DNA from: Candidatus Eiseniibacteriota bacterium
Lineage (GTDB): Bacteria; Eisenbacteria; RBG-16-71-46; JABDJR01
Length of the DNA: 64,000 bases
Assembly (NCBI GenBank): GCA_963762255.1
Contig: CAVXKA010000001.1
Location: 96,001-160,000 of the forward strand
Direction of reading: 5' to 3'
Shown piece by piece: positions 22,565 through 33,063 of this stretch (positions are counted from its first letter, which is position 1; each line of letters begins with the position of its first letter). The position numbers and the translations under genes were made by a program. A model generated the notes under the pieces. It ran no database searches and was not told where the DNA came from. It was given only the letters and a program-made list of their open reading frames with translations.

Positions 22565-22617
22565 AGTTCGCCGGATCCGCTCCAAAGAGCAACGCGGCCT
22601 GCCGCGACCGGCCCGCC

Positions 22618-23934
22618 CTAGAACGGCAGACGCATCCCGCCGAACTTCCGCTGGCCCTTCATGAGCTTGGCCATACGCTGCATGTCGCGGAACTGCTTCA
22701 GGAGGTTGTTGATGTCCTGGACGCTGGTCCCGCTGCCGCGCGCGATGCGCTTGCGCCGGCTGCCGTTGATGAGGCTCGGTTGGTTCCGCTCCTGCAGGGT
22801 CATGGACTGGATGATCGCCTGGATGCGCACGAGCGCGCGGTCGTCGACCTTGAGCCCCTGCATCTGCTTGCCCACGCCGGGGATCATCTTGAGCATGTCC
22901 TCGAGGGGCCCCATCTTCTTGATCTGCTCGAGCTGGGAAAGGAAGTCCTCGAAGGTGAACTCCTCGCGGCGCAGGCGCTCCGCCATGCGCGCCGCTTCGT
23001 GAACGTCCACCGATTCCTGCGCGCGCTCGACCAGCGTGAGCACGTCCCCCATGCCGAGGATGCGCGAGGCCATGCGGTCGGGGTGAAAGTCCTCGAGCGC
23101 CTCCGCCTTCTCGCCGACGCCCACGAACTTGATCGGGACGCCGGTGACGTGCACCACCGAGAGCGCCGCGCCGCCGCGTGCGTCGCCGTCCATCTTCGTG
23201 AGGACAACGCCGGTGAAGGCGATGCGCTTGGCGAAGGTGTCGGCGAGGTTCACCGCATCCTGGCCGGTGAGCCCGTCAAGAACAAGCAGTGTCTCGATGG
23301 GCCCCACCGAGGCCTTGATCTGCGCGAGTTCCTCCATGAGCGGTTCGTCGACATGGAGGCGACCGGCGGTGTCGAGCACGACGAGGTCGAAGTCGCGCTG
23401 GCGGGCTTCGGCGACGCCTTGCTTGCAGATGCTGACGGGGTCCTGGCCGCGGCGGATGAAGACTTCCGCGCCGACCTGCTTTGCGACGACTTCGAGTTGA
23501 TCCATCGCGGCGGGGCGCTGCGTGTCGGCGGCCACGAGGAGCACGCGCTTCTGGCGCTTCAAGAAACGGTGAGCGAGTTTGCCGCAGAAGGTGGTCTTGC
23601 CTGAGCCCTGCAGGCCGCAGACCATGACGATGGTGGGGCCGTTCTGGGCCTGGGCGAGGGGACGATGGTTGGAGCCGAGGAGGTGGACCATCTCGTCGTA
23701 GACGACCTTGACCACCTGCTGGGCGGGGTGAAGACCCTTGAGGGTCTCGAGGCCGACCGCCTTCTCTTCGATGCGGGCGACGAACTCCTTGGCGACCTTG
23801 AAGTTGACGTCGGCTTCGAGGAGGGCGCGGCGGACTTCGCGCAGGCTCTCCTTGATGTTCTCGGGCGTGAGGGAGCCATGCCCGCGGAGCTTGCGGAAGA
23901 CGTCGTCGAATTTGGAGGAGAGGGATTCGAACAT
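22618..23934 (-). CDS. ffh: Signal recognition particle protein Ffh
   Basis: LLEADVN, GLQGSGKTT, DTAGR, TKMDGDARGG, SRRKRIARGSG. Confidence 0.98.
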   Translation of the reverse strand: MFESLSSKFDDVFRKLRGHGSLTPENIKESLREVRRALLEADVNFKVAKEFVARIEEKAVGLETLKGLHPAQQVVKVVYDEMVHLLGSNHRPLAQAQNGPTIVMVCGLQGSGKTTFCGKLAHRFLKRQKRVLLVAADTQRPAAMDQLEVVAKQVGAEVFIRRGQDPVSICKQGVAEARQRDFDLVVLDTAGRLHVDEPLMEELAQIKASVGPIETLLVLDGLTGQDAVNLADTFAKRIAFTGVVLTKMDGDARGGAALSVVHVTGVPIKFVGVGEKAEALEDFHPDRMASRILGMGDVLTLVERAQESVDVHEAARMAERLRREEFTFEDFLSQLEQIKKMGPLEDMLKMIPGVGKQMQGLKVDDRALVRIQAIIQSMTLQERNQPSLINGSRRKRIARGSGTSVQDINNLLKQFRDMQRMAKLMKGQRKFGGMRLPF

Positions 23935-23979
23935 GGGGGAGAGGATACATGATCTGCTGGCCGGCGGACCGAGTCGCCG

Positions 23980-25797
23980 TCACCCCATGCGAGTCCACTC
24001 CGCAAAGCCGACCTCTACGACACCACGCCACACCCGGGGGAGAAATTCTCGGGCTTGATCTTCCCCAGCCCACATGAACTCGACGTGCTCCGAGGACAGG
24101 ATGACTTGCCTCGATACACTGGTCCCCCAGAACAAGTGAACGTGATCTTCGACGAGCGGGACCCCCTCGATCGCGACGCCCGTTCGAAAAGAGCCGAGAA
24201 CCCTGATGCCCTCGTGCGGAATCCTGAGAGCGGTCTCTTCCTCAAGCTCCCTCTCTGCGGCCTCGATCGGGGCTTCGCCGGTCTCGAGTCCCCCACCGGG
24301 TAGCACCCACTTCCTGGTCTTGGCGCTTCTCAGGATGAGCACCTCGCGCTGCCCTGGGGCGTACAGAGTCCACTTCGCGCTCTCCCGCCTCCGCGATGGC
24401 GGTGAGGGCGGGCACCCACAGGCATTCAGTAGTTGTTGCAGAGCGGCCGCGGTGGCATGCCCGAGGTTCACATACCCCGTCTTCGAGTCGACGCTTGAAT
24501 CAGATGTGTCAACGATCAGGCTCGCGGTTGCAGATAGCTCCGCTAAGCCGTGCAACTGCTGCCGCCGTTCGGTGTCCCGCCCGTCGTCGAAATCGGCTCG
24601 CTCGCGCACTGCGTCCTCGCGCAGCTCTGCGTCGCGCCTGACCCAGAGCAGTTGGGCCGGGCGACCGAGGAAACGGACCAGAGTGTCGAGACCCCGCTGC
24701 GACTTCACCCCGTCAATCACCACCGGAGCATGTGCCGGCAAGTCCATGAACTCGGGCGACCGCAAGATTTCGCGGACCACGAACTCTGGATCCCTTGCTT
24801 CCGCCTTTTCCAACTGCGTCACCGCTTCCCACGTTACGCCGCCCATATCATCCAGACAGCTGCGCACAGCCCGCGACCAGGAGACGATGGGCCACCCGGT
24901 CAGTGCTTGGAGTCCCTTTCGGACCATGGTCTTTCCCGCCCCAGGCTTGCCGGCTAGAACTATCAGCGGTGCGGGGCGCTCCCTAGGTTGGAATAGGTCT
25001 CGATGAGAGCGGCTGGCCTGAGTGGGCCGGAGCACTAATGGACCCCGGAGTGGCCCCGCTACCAATTCTTCGAGCCCAAGGATCCCCTGCGGGGACCCCT
25101 CGTAGTCTGTTACCAGGGCAGCGACAACCCGATGTCCCAGCGACGCGAGAAGACCCCGGCATGCTCGCAGCGTTTCACCAGAGGCTGAATGCGCGTCGAC
25201 GAGGAGGACCCTCTGGCCACTCCTTCCCGTCCACCACGCATCCTCGATGGGTAGAGCCGAGTCCATGCCCAGTCTGGCCCTCGAGAAGACGAGGAAGCGC
25301 ATCGGCAACCGGAGGATCCGAGAGAGAAGAGCCCCCTCCGTGAGCCCGCGGGCCAGAATCACCCCGAGCACGTCCGCCGCAGGCGCCGCCTCGCGGCCGA
25401 TCCAAGCCGCCCACATGGCTAGGTCCACAGAGGAGAATCCAATGACGCCGCGTTTCTGAACCGTCGCGGGACCGGAGTGTAGATCCGAGGCACATGTCCA
25501 GTCGGATTGGAGTCGGTCAGCCAACCCCTGTACCCGCTTGCCCACTTCATCGGGCCCGCTCCACCGATCTTGTAGCGAAACGGTGAGCCTCATCTCCGCC
25601 TCCTGGCTGTGAGAGCCCGTCAAGAGAGATTGACCCAAGAGGTCGGCATAGATGCGAATCAGATGAAACAGCGCGGCCTCATCCGTACCGCCGTCACGGC
25701 AGCAACGAACCGACGCTCGGGTGAGCTTGATCAACCGCTCGAATCGGAGGCAGGCGTAGCGATGAAGAACGTCCCCCTCGTCCTCTCGTTCGGTCAC
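23980..25797 (-). CDS. Fusion of PRTase-like, P-loop nucleotide kinase and NUDIX hydrolase domains
   Basis: VLLVDAHSASGETL (degenerate PRPP loop), IVLAGKPGAGKT...VVIDGVK, GGGLETGEAPIEAAERELEEET (Nudix box); GTG overlaps the upstream stop. Confidence 0.75.
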   Translation of the reverse strand: MTEREDEGDVLHRYACLRFERLIKLTRASVRCCRDGGTDEAALFHLIRIYADLLGQSLLTGSHSQEAEMRLTVSLQDRWSGPDEVGKRVQGLADRLQSDWTCASDLHSGPATVQKRGVIGFSSVDLAMWAAWIGREAAPAADVLGVILARGLTEGALLSRILRLPMRFLVFSRARLGMDSALPIEDAWWTGRSGQRVLLVDAHSASGETLRACRGLLASLGHRVVAALVTDYEGSPQGILGLEELVAGPLRGPLVLRPTQASRSHRDLFQPRERPAPLIVLAGKPGAGKTMVRKGLQALTGWPIVSWSRAVRSCLDDMGGVTWEAVTQLEKAEARDPEFVVREILRSPEFMDLPAHAPVVIDGVKSQRGLDTLVRFLGRPAQLLWVRRDAELREDAVRERADFDDGRDTERRQQLHGLAELSATASLIVDTSDSSVDSKTGYVNLGHATAAALQQLLNACGCPPSPPSRRRESAKWTLYAPGQREVLILRSAKTRKWVLPGGGLETGEAPIEAAERELEEETALRIPHEGIRVLGSFRTGVAIEGVPLVEDHVHLFWGTSVSRQVILSSEHVEFMWAGEDQAREFLPRVWRGVVEVGFAEWTRMG

Positions 25798-27008
25798 TTT
25801 CCTGGTCCTCCGTCCCGTTCAAGAACCCGGGAAAAGAGGGAGAGATAGGCGTCGGTCTCCCGCTCGGGAGCGCAGGCGGATCGGAGGTGCCGCTCAGCGC
25901 GCTCGACCAGCCGCTGCGCCCTCTCCCGATCGTCAAGAAGGCTCCCGATAGCCGCGGCCAGCGCCATGGAGTCGTATCGAGGCACGATGAGCGCCGTTTC
26001 GCCGTGAAGGAGGATGTCGGAGAACACATCGGTCGCCACGACCGGCGTCGTGCTGGCCAGGGCCTCGAGGACCGCGTTGGCCATTCCGTCATCCAATGAA
26101 GGATACGCGAACACGTCCATTGCATGGTAGAAGTCGTAGACGTCCGAGTTCATCTCGAGGAGCCCGACCGTTCGTGTTTTCCGCTGGTACTCCGGGTGGT
26201 CTAACACCGGGCATAGGCTGCGATCGCTCAGGCTCCGCGGCCCTCCAACAACCAGCAGGTAGACATCGTCCCGCTCCCGCGCAAGGGACTGGAAAGCGTC
26301 GCTTAGGTACTGAAGTCCCTTCTTCGGGCGAAAGGTTCCTGTCCAACCCACGACCGCAGCGTTTTCAGGGATTCCGAGTTGATCGCGCACCTCCCGTCTG
26401 AGCGCCTTGCGCCGCAGTGCATCGTGGAGCGGAACTTCTCCAACTGCATTGCGGATGACGAGGAATCGCGAATCTGCCCCAAAGACCCACCTGGCGATCT
26501 CCCTTAGGTATTCGTTGACGAATGTGACGGAAGCAGACCGCTCCACCACCCATTGGGCGAGGGAGAAGGTCGGACCGAGGAAGAGCTCCGTCCCAACGTC
26601 TGCCCCACGGCCGCTGACCACATGAGGGACGCCAAGCCCATGGGCGATAGCGAGACCCGGGAATCCAGCGTCGACCAGGCCGAGCGAGAGGACGATGTCC
26701 CAGTCTCCTTGAGAACGGAGATACCCCAGCGATGTATCGACGAATTGCCGCTTTAGGAATGCCCGGGTCTCTGGTCCGGCCGAAGCGACGCCGGAAGCAA
26801 TAGGGCCGATGCGCACGACCTTGACCCCACTGCCATTGCCCCCCTCCTCCATCACCGCGGGAGGTTGGGTGAGTTGTTCCATCCTGTGGTAAGTGACGAC
26901 AATGGTAGGATGCCCGGCCCGAGTCAGATTGCCGGACAGGCGCGCAGCCGAGCGACCCACGCCCCCGATCTTCGGTGCGTACTCAGGCGTTACCAAGACG
27001 ATGCGCAT
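25794..27008 (-). CDS. GT4 (GT-B) glycosyltransferase
   Basis: EYAPKIGGV, FRPKKG, DVFAYPSLDDGMANAVLEALA. Confidence 0.9.
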   Translation of the reverse strand: MRIVLVTPEYAPKIGGVGRSAARLSGNLTRAGHPTIVVTYHRMEQLTQPPAVMEEGGNGSGVKVVRIGPIASGVASAGPETRAFLKRQFVDTSLGYLRSQGDWDIVLSLGLVDAGFPGLAIAHGLGVPHVVSGRGADVGTELFLGPTFSLAQWVVERSASVTFVNEYLREIARWVFGADSRFLVIRNAVGEVPLHDALRRKALRREVRDQLGIPENAAVVGWTGTFRPKKGLQYLSDAFQSLARERDDVYLLVVGGPRSLSDRSLCPVLDHPEYQRKTRTVGLLEMNSDVYDFYHAMDVFAYPSLDDGMANAVLEALASTTPVVATDVFSDILLHGETALIVPRYDSMALAAAIGSLLDDRERAQRLVERAERHLRSACAPERETDAYLSLFSRVLERDGGPGK

Positions 27009-27900
27009 TCGCTTCCCTCTCCAGCAGGTCGGCCGTCATGTTCAAGTCCATCGGCCGTTTCTCCAGGGCAGGTGCTATAAGGCACAAGAGATGATCGACA
27101 AGGGTCTTCGAGACACAAATGCCCGAGAGCCTTCGGTCGAGATCACACCATTGCGACCGGTATGCGCTCCAGGCTTCCGTCGACTTGCTGACCTGGTTGT
27201 CGAAAGCATCGCTGCCGGTCAGCAGCCAAAAGAGGGTGGTCCCCAGTCCAAACGCGTCTGTGCCGACACCAAACCTCGTGCCCAAGGTCATGAGCTGCTC
27301 CGGCGCCTTGAAACGGTACTTGCCGCTGCCCAGCTTTCCTTCGGCTATTGTCCCTGCTTGGATGGGCTTGGCAAGGGGTCGAGAACTCCCAAAATCAATC
27401 AGGACTGGGGCCTCGAGATTGCCACCACGCAGGAGAACGTTGTGAGGCTTCACATCGAGGTGTAAGAAGCCGCTTGCATGAATGTGGGCAACCGCACGGG
27501 CGATCGCCGCCGCGCACCGTAACGTTGCACCAATCGGGAGGTCCCTCGCCGCTCCCTGCACCTTCAATGAAGACTCCGGGAGCAGCTCGAGGAGAAGGAA
27601 CTCCCCCCCAGGGTCAGCGTCAAGAAGCCGCACTACTCCTGGATGCCCCAGGTGCCGAAGCAGTTTCGCCTCCGCACGAAGGAGCTTTCGCAGAACGAAA
27701 CTGGAGAGATCACCACTCGACTGCCGGGGCAGCTTGACGGCCACCGCCGACTCCTGGCGATCCCGTGCTTCCACAACGATAGAACGACCACCCTTGCCGA
27801 GGACTCGCACCGGGCGGTAGCGCTCACTGAGGCTTGCCGGCCAGACGTGAGGAGAGAAGCTCTTGAGTTCGTCCGTAGATCCGACCTGCCAATCTCGCAT
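26983..27900 (-). CDS. Stand-alone cytoplasmic Ser/Thr protein kinase
   Basis: GKGGRS, VAVK, HLDVKPHN, DFG, APE; GGAG RBS. Confidence 0.88.
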   Translation of the reverse strand: MRDWQVGSTDELKSFSPHVWPASLSERYRPVRVLGKGGRSIVVEARDRQESAVAVKLPRQSSGDLSSFVLRKLLRAEAKLLRHLGHPGVVRLLDADPGGEFLLLELLPESSLKVQGAARDLPIGATLRCAAAIARAVAHIHASGFLHLDVKPHNVLLRGGNLEAPVLIDFGSSRPLAKPIQAGTIAEGKLGSGKYRFKAPEQLMTLGTRFGVGTDAFGLGTTLFWLLTGSDAFDNQVSKSTEAWSAYRSQWCDLDRRLSGICVSKTLVDHLLCLIAPALEKRPMDLNMTADLLEREANAHRLGNA

Positions 27901-28386
27901 GGAGGTATCTCACTCTTCCTTGGAATCAAAGTCACGGTCATTATCACATTCGTATTGTGACGCCCTCGAAAGATTTCTGGACAGGTCATGAGCGGCGTAC
28001 GGTCTTCCTCCGAGACCCAAAGGGGGACGCTGTGACGTATGAAGCGGTCGAAGTTCAGTTAGGGGCAGGCGGCCTACGCCTTGCGCCAAGCGGAGGCGGC
28101 CGAATTCCGGATCAGGCCCGTCGGAAGATCGGGGAATGTTCACCGGGGCTAGATTAGTTGACGTCGGTGTTTCCGTATGCACGTTAAGCGTGGCACTGGC
28201 CGGATCAAACGTCCATCCCCAAAGGGGGAGATATCTACGAACGGGAGAGAACTTCGACTCAGTCTACGTTTCATAGTTGACATCACGGAGGTTCGGAAGT
28301 ATTGATGTATTGTGCGGTTAGGATGTCTTCCCCAGGCTCGACCGCCCGAGCCTCGATCGCTCCTTCGCCGCTGACCGGAGGCCGCC

Positions 28387-29850
28387 ATGCGGATCTTTGC
28401 GTTCACACGAGCCGCGCTGCCCGCGACTCTCGCCCTCTGGCTTGTCGCCACTCTGATGATTGCCAGCGTGGTGTCCGGCATCGCCCTCGCCCAGACCACC
28501 CAGGGCCCTCTCGACATGGTCCTCATCATCGACACGTCGAAGACCATGAGGGGCGCCGGCGGTGCGGCGAACATCTTTCCCCGGGTTCAGGACGTCTCGC
28601 GGGGCTTTCTCTCCGACCTGCGCCTTGAGGACACTTTCACTCTCATAGCCTTCGACAGCGACAGCCGGGTGGAGCCCACGGTCCTCCTCGCTTCCGAGGA
28701 CGAGCGACAGAAGCTCTCGGACAAGATCACCGCGCTCCGGCCGGAGGGCGACTGGACCTACACGGCGGACGCGCTGCTCAACGGACTCGCGGAGGCTGAC
28801 CGCCTGGCGAAGCAGTACCCGACCCACACCCAGGTCGTGCTCATCCTCACCGATGGCCTCAATGATCCCCCAAAGGGCGCCCGGGCTAGCGCCCCATCTT
28901 TGAAGGCAGTCACCGAGCCGTATGCCGGCAGGCCTTGGTACGTATACCAGGTTCAGCTCGGACCCGAAGTGGATGAGGCGCTGAGCAAAGCGCTCAAGTC
29001 CTTCACCAACGGCATAACAATTCACGATCGTGGCGGCGCAAACTTGGATGCACTCCGGAAACAGATCCAAGAGAGGCGGCCGCCAAGCAATCCGGTGGAG
29101 CTGCGGCTGGAACCCGACAAGCTCAAGATCAAGGTTCGCGAGATCGGCAAGTCCGAGAGCCAGATTGCGAAGCTCATCCTCCCAGAGGGACTCCCTGCAG
29201 GAGCCTTAAGTGTCACGATCGCCGATCCCAGTGCATTTCCGATGGATATCGACATCACTCCCGAGATCGTGGCTCTGCTGGACGGCGCCGTGAGCTTGCG
29301 CGTCAACGCCACCGCCCGTTCCAAGACCGCCAACGGCACTCATTCCGGGGCGCTTCGTCTCGAAGCCGCACCCGTCCAGGGAATCGCGCTCGCTCCAACC
29401 GAGGTGCCGCTCGATATCGAGACGAGCCTCATTCCCCCGCTCTGGCCGAAGATCCTCGCCGCCATCCTTGCCGCTGCCGTCTTGGCTAGCGTGGTCTTCT
29501 TCGCCATCAAGCGCCTCCGCGAGCGCTGCCTCGACGGCCAGCTCGAGTACTGGCCGCAGGGGCGGCCGCAGGAGCGCAAGAGCATCTCCGATCTTCGCCC
29601 CTTCAAGGGACGCGCCGTTCTCGGTTCGACACAGATCCCCCTATCAGCGGAGCTGGTTGGGGCGGCGACGCTCACCCCGCGCAAGGTCGCGGGGCAATAC
29701 CATGTGGTCGTGACCGCAGCCGAGGGGAAGAACCTGACCACGGGCGGCCGCCGCCAGACCGAGATCGTTCTCTACGACCGGGACACCTTCCTTCTAGAGG
29801 GATGGGAGTTCCACTACCGAGGCGCGGTAGGTGTGCGCCCCCGCGCCTGA
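28387..29850 (+). CDS. Membrane-anchored vWA-domain protein with C-terminal FHA-like cytoplasmic region
   Basis: Signal peptide; MIDAS-like DTSKT...T...LTDG; TM ILAAILAAAVLASVVFFAI; LYDRDTFLLEGWEFHY resembles an FHA C-terminus (inference). Confidence 0.8.
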   Translation: MRIFAFTRAALPATLALWLVATLMIASVVSGIALAQTTQGPLDMVLIIDTSKTMRGAGGAANIFPRVQDVSRGFLSDLRLEDTFTLIAFDSDSRVEPTVLLASEDERQKLSDKITALRPEGDWTYTADALLNGLAEADRLAKQYPTHTQVVLILTDGLNDPPKGARASAPSLKAVTEPYAGRPWYVYQVQLGPEVDEALSKALKSFTNGITIHDRGGANLDALRKQIQERRPPSNPVELRLEPDKLKIKVREIGKSESQIAKLILPEGLPAGALSVTIADPSAFPMDIDITPEIVALLDGAVSLRVNATARSKTANGTHSGALRLEAAPVQGIALAPTEVPLDIETSLIPPLWPKILAAILAAAVLASVVFFAIKRLRERCLDGQLEYWPQGRPQERKSISDLRPFKGRAVLGSTQIPLSAELVGAATLTPRKVAGQYHVVVTAAEGKNLTTGGRRQTEIVLYDRDTFLLEGWEFHYRGAVGVRPRA

Positions 29851-29947
29851 CGACTGCAACCGGGCAACCGAAGCACATCGGATCGATCCGCACATAGCCT
29901 GAGGGCCGCCCAACGAAGCTGCCCCGCAGCACGGGAGAGAAACCACC

Positions 29948-32900
29948 ATGTCCGAATCCCGAATCGACTTGGCCGAAAACATGATGCCGAGCGGCGAAGC
30001 GACCGAACTCCTCCCCGACCTCCAGTTGTTCGCGGGCGATGTGGAGGTAGGCGAGGGGGCGAGCTTCAGCCCCACTCTGCTGATCGGTCTAGGAGGGACC
30101 GGCGCCGAGGTGTTGCTGCGGGTCAAGCGCATGCTCAGGGAGCGAGGCGCCTCGGGGCACCTGAGCCGCTTCGTCTTCATCGACGCCGACCAGCGCACCT
30201 TCAGCAAGATGCCCGGCTTGCCCCCCGTTGAGCGGGACGAGGCCTGCTTGATCGGGATGAACCAAGCGGTCCGGCTGCTCAACAACCCCGAATTGCACCC
30301 TCACGTCTGGTCCCGATTCCCGAAGTCGGAGCTCAAGGAGGGGTACATCCGCCAGCTCGCACTCGGAGAAGGAGCGGGCCAGATCCGGGCCGCCGGGGCG
30401 CTCGCGCTGCTCCTCGACTACGCGAACGTGCGCACCAGGGTCGAGGCCGCCTACAACAGCCTCGTCCAGCTCTCCAGCCGGCTGCAGGCGAAGATGGCGG
30501 AGGCTCACGGAGCGGCGGTGAGCAGCGATGTCGTCATCTACGTGGTCGGCTCCCTCGCCGGCGGCACCGGGTCGGGATGCGCAATGGACGTCAGCCTCAT
30601 GGCCCGCGACATCTGCCGGGCGCACTACCCTCGCCTCGTGGGAGTCTTCGCCCTGCCCGACGCGTTCGATGAGAAGGTGCAGAACGACGCCACCCAGAAG
30701 GACCGAATCCGCGCCAACTGCTACGCCGCGCTCAAGGAACTTCAGTTCGTCCTCGACGCGGACGCGGACGGCCGCAAGGACATGGTCTTCGATTACGGGA
30801 ACGGCACGACGCTGACTTTGCCCGCCGGAGACAAGGTCTTCTCCCTCGCCTACCTCATCGACAACAGCAACGCCGCCGGAGGGCTGAGCAAGATCGAAGA
30901 CCTCTACGAGCTGATGGCCCGGACCGTGTATCAGGACGTGGGCTCGCGCCTCGGCGCGCACCGCCGCTCCTTTGACCGCAATTGCGGCGTCATCACCGGG
31001 GTGGATTTGTGCCCGAAGAGCGGGCTCCCCCGTCCGTTCAGCTCGGCCGCGACGTCGGCGCTGGTCTACCCCAGCCTGCGTGTCGGCCTCTACTGCACCT
31101 ATCGCACCCTGCACTCCGTGATCCAAGACACGTTCCTGGTCGATCGCCTTCCCGCGGAGAAGGTCGGCGATCTTGTGAACGGGTTCCTCGCCCGGGCGAA
31201 TCTGGACGACCGTGGGTCGAACAACCAACTCATCGAGAGCCTGCTCACCGATCCGACCCGCAACGAGGTCACATCCGCCGCCACCCACGGGCTTCCCCTC
31301 ACGTGGGGCGCGAACTTCAATACCGGCGCATTCGCCGCCAAGATCGAAGCGACCCGGCAGTCCTTCGCCAGCGTGGATCTGCCAAAGATCTCCCACGACA
31401 TCGTCAACAATAACCTCCAGGTGCGCCTCGGCTACGCAAGCGATCCGCCCTCCGATCCGCTGCGCAAGGCGGTCGAGGAACTGGCGGTGACCACTGCCAC
31501 CGATCATGGCGTACCCACCACGCTCGCCGTATTGCAGGATCTCGAAGAGGTCTGCAAGGCGATGAAGACCGAGTTGGAGGCGGAAACCACCAACTGGGCG
31601 TCAGTGGCGCGTCAGAACACACTGCAGCGGTTCAATGAGCGACGCAGCCAACTCGCCGGTCTCAAAGTCTGGCAGCGGGCGGCCAAGACCGACCAAAAGC
31701 TCAAGCGCCTACTTATCGAGGAGTTCAATTACTACGTGGACCAGGAGGCGTGGGCGCTGGCCCGCCCTGCCTGCATCCGGATCCTCGACACCGTGATCGG
31801 CCGGGTGCGCGACGTCGCGGGTGCATGGTCCGCGCTGGGTGGCGAATTGCGAGAGGTGGACCGCGAACTGATTGCGGGGGCGCGCCGGTTGGAGGCTCAG
31901 GGGGGGCGGCCGATGCGCGACTTCGTGGTCGAAATCGAAGTCACGCGCCCCAATTACGAGATCCGCTACTACCAGGCCAACGCCATCAAGCAGACCGACG
32001 CCCTCAAGCTCCTCCACGACAGGATGGGGGGAGCCCGTGCCCTCTATCTTGGGATCCTCGGCCTCAAGCGCGCGGAGATCACCCAGCGGCTCGGCCACGT
32101 CATCCACGACCACTACGCCGCCCCGCTGTCCCGCGTGAACCTGATCGAGTTCGTGCGGGACAAGGCCAACAAGGGCGAGGTAGAGGAAGGCCTCGACACG
32201 AAGCTGGAGAGCTTGTTCGAGATGTGCCAGCCGTTCTGGCATGCTCAACCGTTGATGGCCGGTATGTCATTCCCCGAGTTCGTGGCCGCCAGTGTCCATC
32301 CGGTGCTCAAGGAGGACAACTCCCTCGCCTGGCCGCCGGAGATGGATAAGTGGATCAAGAAGCACGGCGGCGATCAGGGGCGAAAGTTCAGCCTCATCCC
32401 AAGCGACGTTCCCTACGAGATCGTGCTCAGCCGCCGCACCCACGGCGCCCGGGCGTTCTATCTTGCCCAGGCGGCGGATTGGAAGAAACTCCATGAGCGG
32501 CAGCGGGAGACGGCACGCGGCAAGTACCCGCTGGAGATCGGGGCCCAGTTCAAGGACGCCCCCGATCTGTTTCCCGACGACCAGGGGCTGCGATGGATGT
32601 TCACGCTCGGGATCGCGTTTGGGTTCATCGTGGTGAGGGGAGACTATTACTACTTCAATCTGGAAGAAGGCGCCGACGGCTCGCTCATCGCGCTGTACGA
32701 GGCGCGAGGGCAGGTGCTCGACACGCTGGAGGGAGTGGGGCCACTCCCCGCCAAGGTGGGCGTACTCAACTATCGCCGGGGCAAGGGAAGGCCGAAGGCT
32801 AGCCTGCTGCTCGGGCAGGGCCGGGAGAAGGCATTCAAGGGATTCGTCAAGGACGAGCACTTCCAGGATCTTCTCAACCGGGCCTGGAGGGAGTACCACC

Positions 32901-33052
32901 AGGACGCGGGCACGGCCGCGGTCAAGGCTATGCTCACCGAATACGTGGCGCGGGTGCTCACCCCGGAATCGGAAGGGAATACTCCGCTGGCGGTGCTGAT
33001 CACGAAGGAGAAGCAGGCACTGGAGCGCTCCCTGCTTGCGCTCGGCGCCTGA
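29948..33052 (+). CDS. Tubulin/FtsZ-like (Tubulin_2-type) GTPase domain protein
   Basis: LLIGLGGTG, GAGQIRAAG, VVGSLAGGTGSG, ANCYAALKEL; long helical C-terminus. Confidence 0.85.
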   Translation: MSESRIDLAENMMPSGEATELLPDLQLFAGDVEVGEGASFSPTLLIGLGGTGAEVLLRVKRMLRERGASGHLSRFVFIDADQRTFSKMPGLPPVERDEACLIGMNQAVRLLNNPELHPHVWSRFPKSELKEGYIRQLALGEGAGQIRAAGALALLLDYANVRTRVEAAYNSLVQLSSRLQAKMAEAHGAAVSSDVVIYVVGSLAGGTGSGCAMDVSLMARDICRAHYPRLVGVFALPDAFDEKVQNDATQKDRIRANCYAALKELQFVLDADADGRKDMVFDYGNGTTLTLPAGDKVFSLAYLIDNSNAAGGLSKIEDLYELMARTVYQDVGSRLGAHRRSFDRNCGVITGVDLCPKSGLPRPFSSAATSALVYPSLRVGLYCTYRTLHSVIQDTFLVDRLPAEKVGDLVNGFLARANLDDRGSNNQLIESLLTDPTRNEVTSAATHGLPLTWGANFNTGAFAAKIEATRQSFASVDLPKISHDIVNNNLQVRLGYASDPPSDPLRKAVEELAVTTATDHGVPTTLAVLQDLEEVCKAMKTELEAETTNWASVARQNTLQRFNERRSQLAGLKVWQRAAKTDQKLKRLLIEEFNYYVDQEAWALARPACIRILDTVIGRVRDVAGAWSALGGELREVDRELIAGARRLEAQGGRPMRDFVVEIEVTRPNYEIRYYQANAIKQTDALKLLHDRMGGARALYLGILGLKRAEITQRLGHVIHDHYAAPLSRVNLIEFVRDKANKGEVEEGLDTKLESLFEMCQPFWHAQPLMAGMSFPEFVAASVHPVLKEDNSLAWPPEMDKWIKKHGGDQGRKFSLIPSDVPYEIVLSRRTHGARAFYLAQAADWKKLHERQRETARGKYPLEIGAQFKDAPDLFPDDQGLRWMFTLGIAFGFIVVRGDYYYFNLEEGADGSLIALYEARGQVLDTLEGVGPLPAKVGVLNYRRGKGRPKASLLLGQGREKAFKGFVKDEHFQDLLNRAWREYHQDAGTAAVKAMLTEYVARVLTPESEGNTPLAVLITKEKQALERSLLALGA

Positions 33053-33063
33053 GCTGAGTCGGC

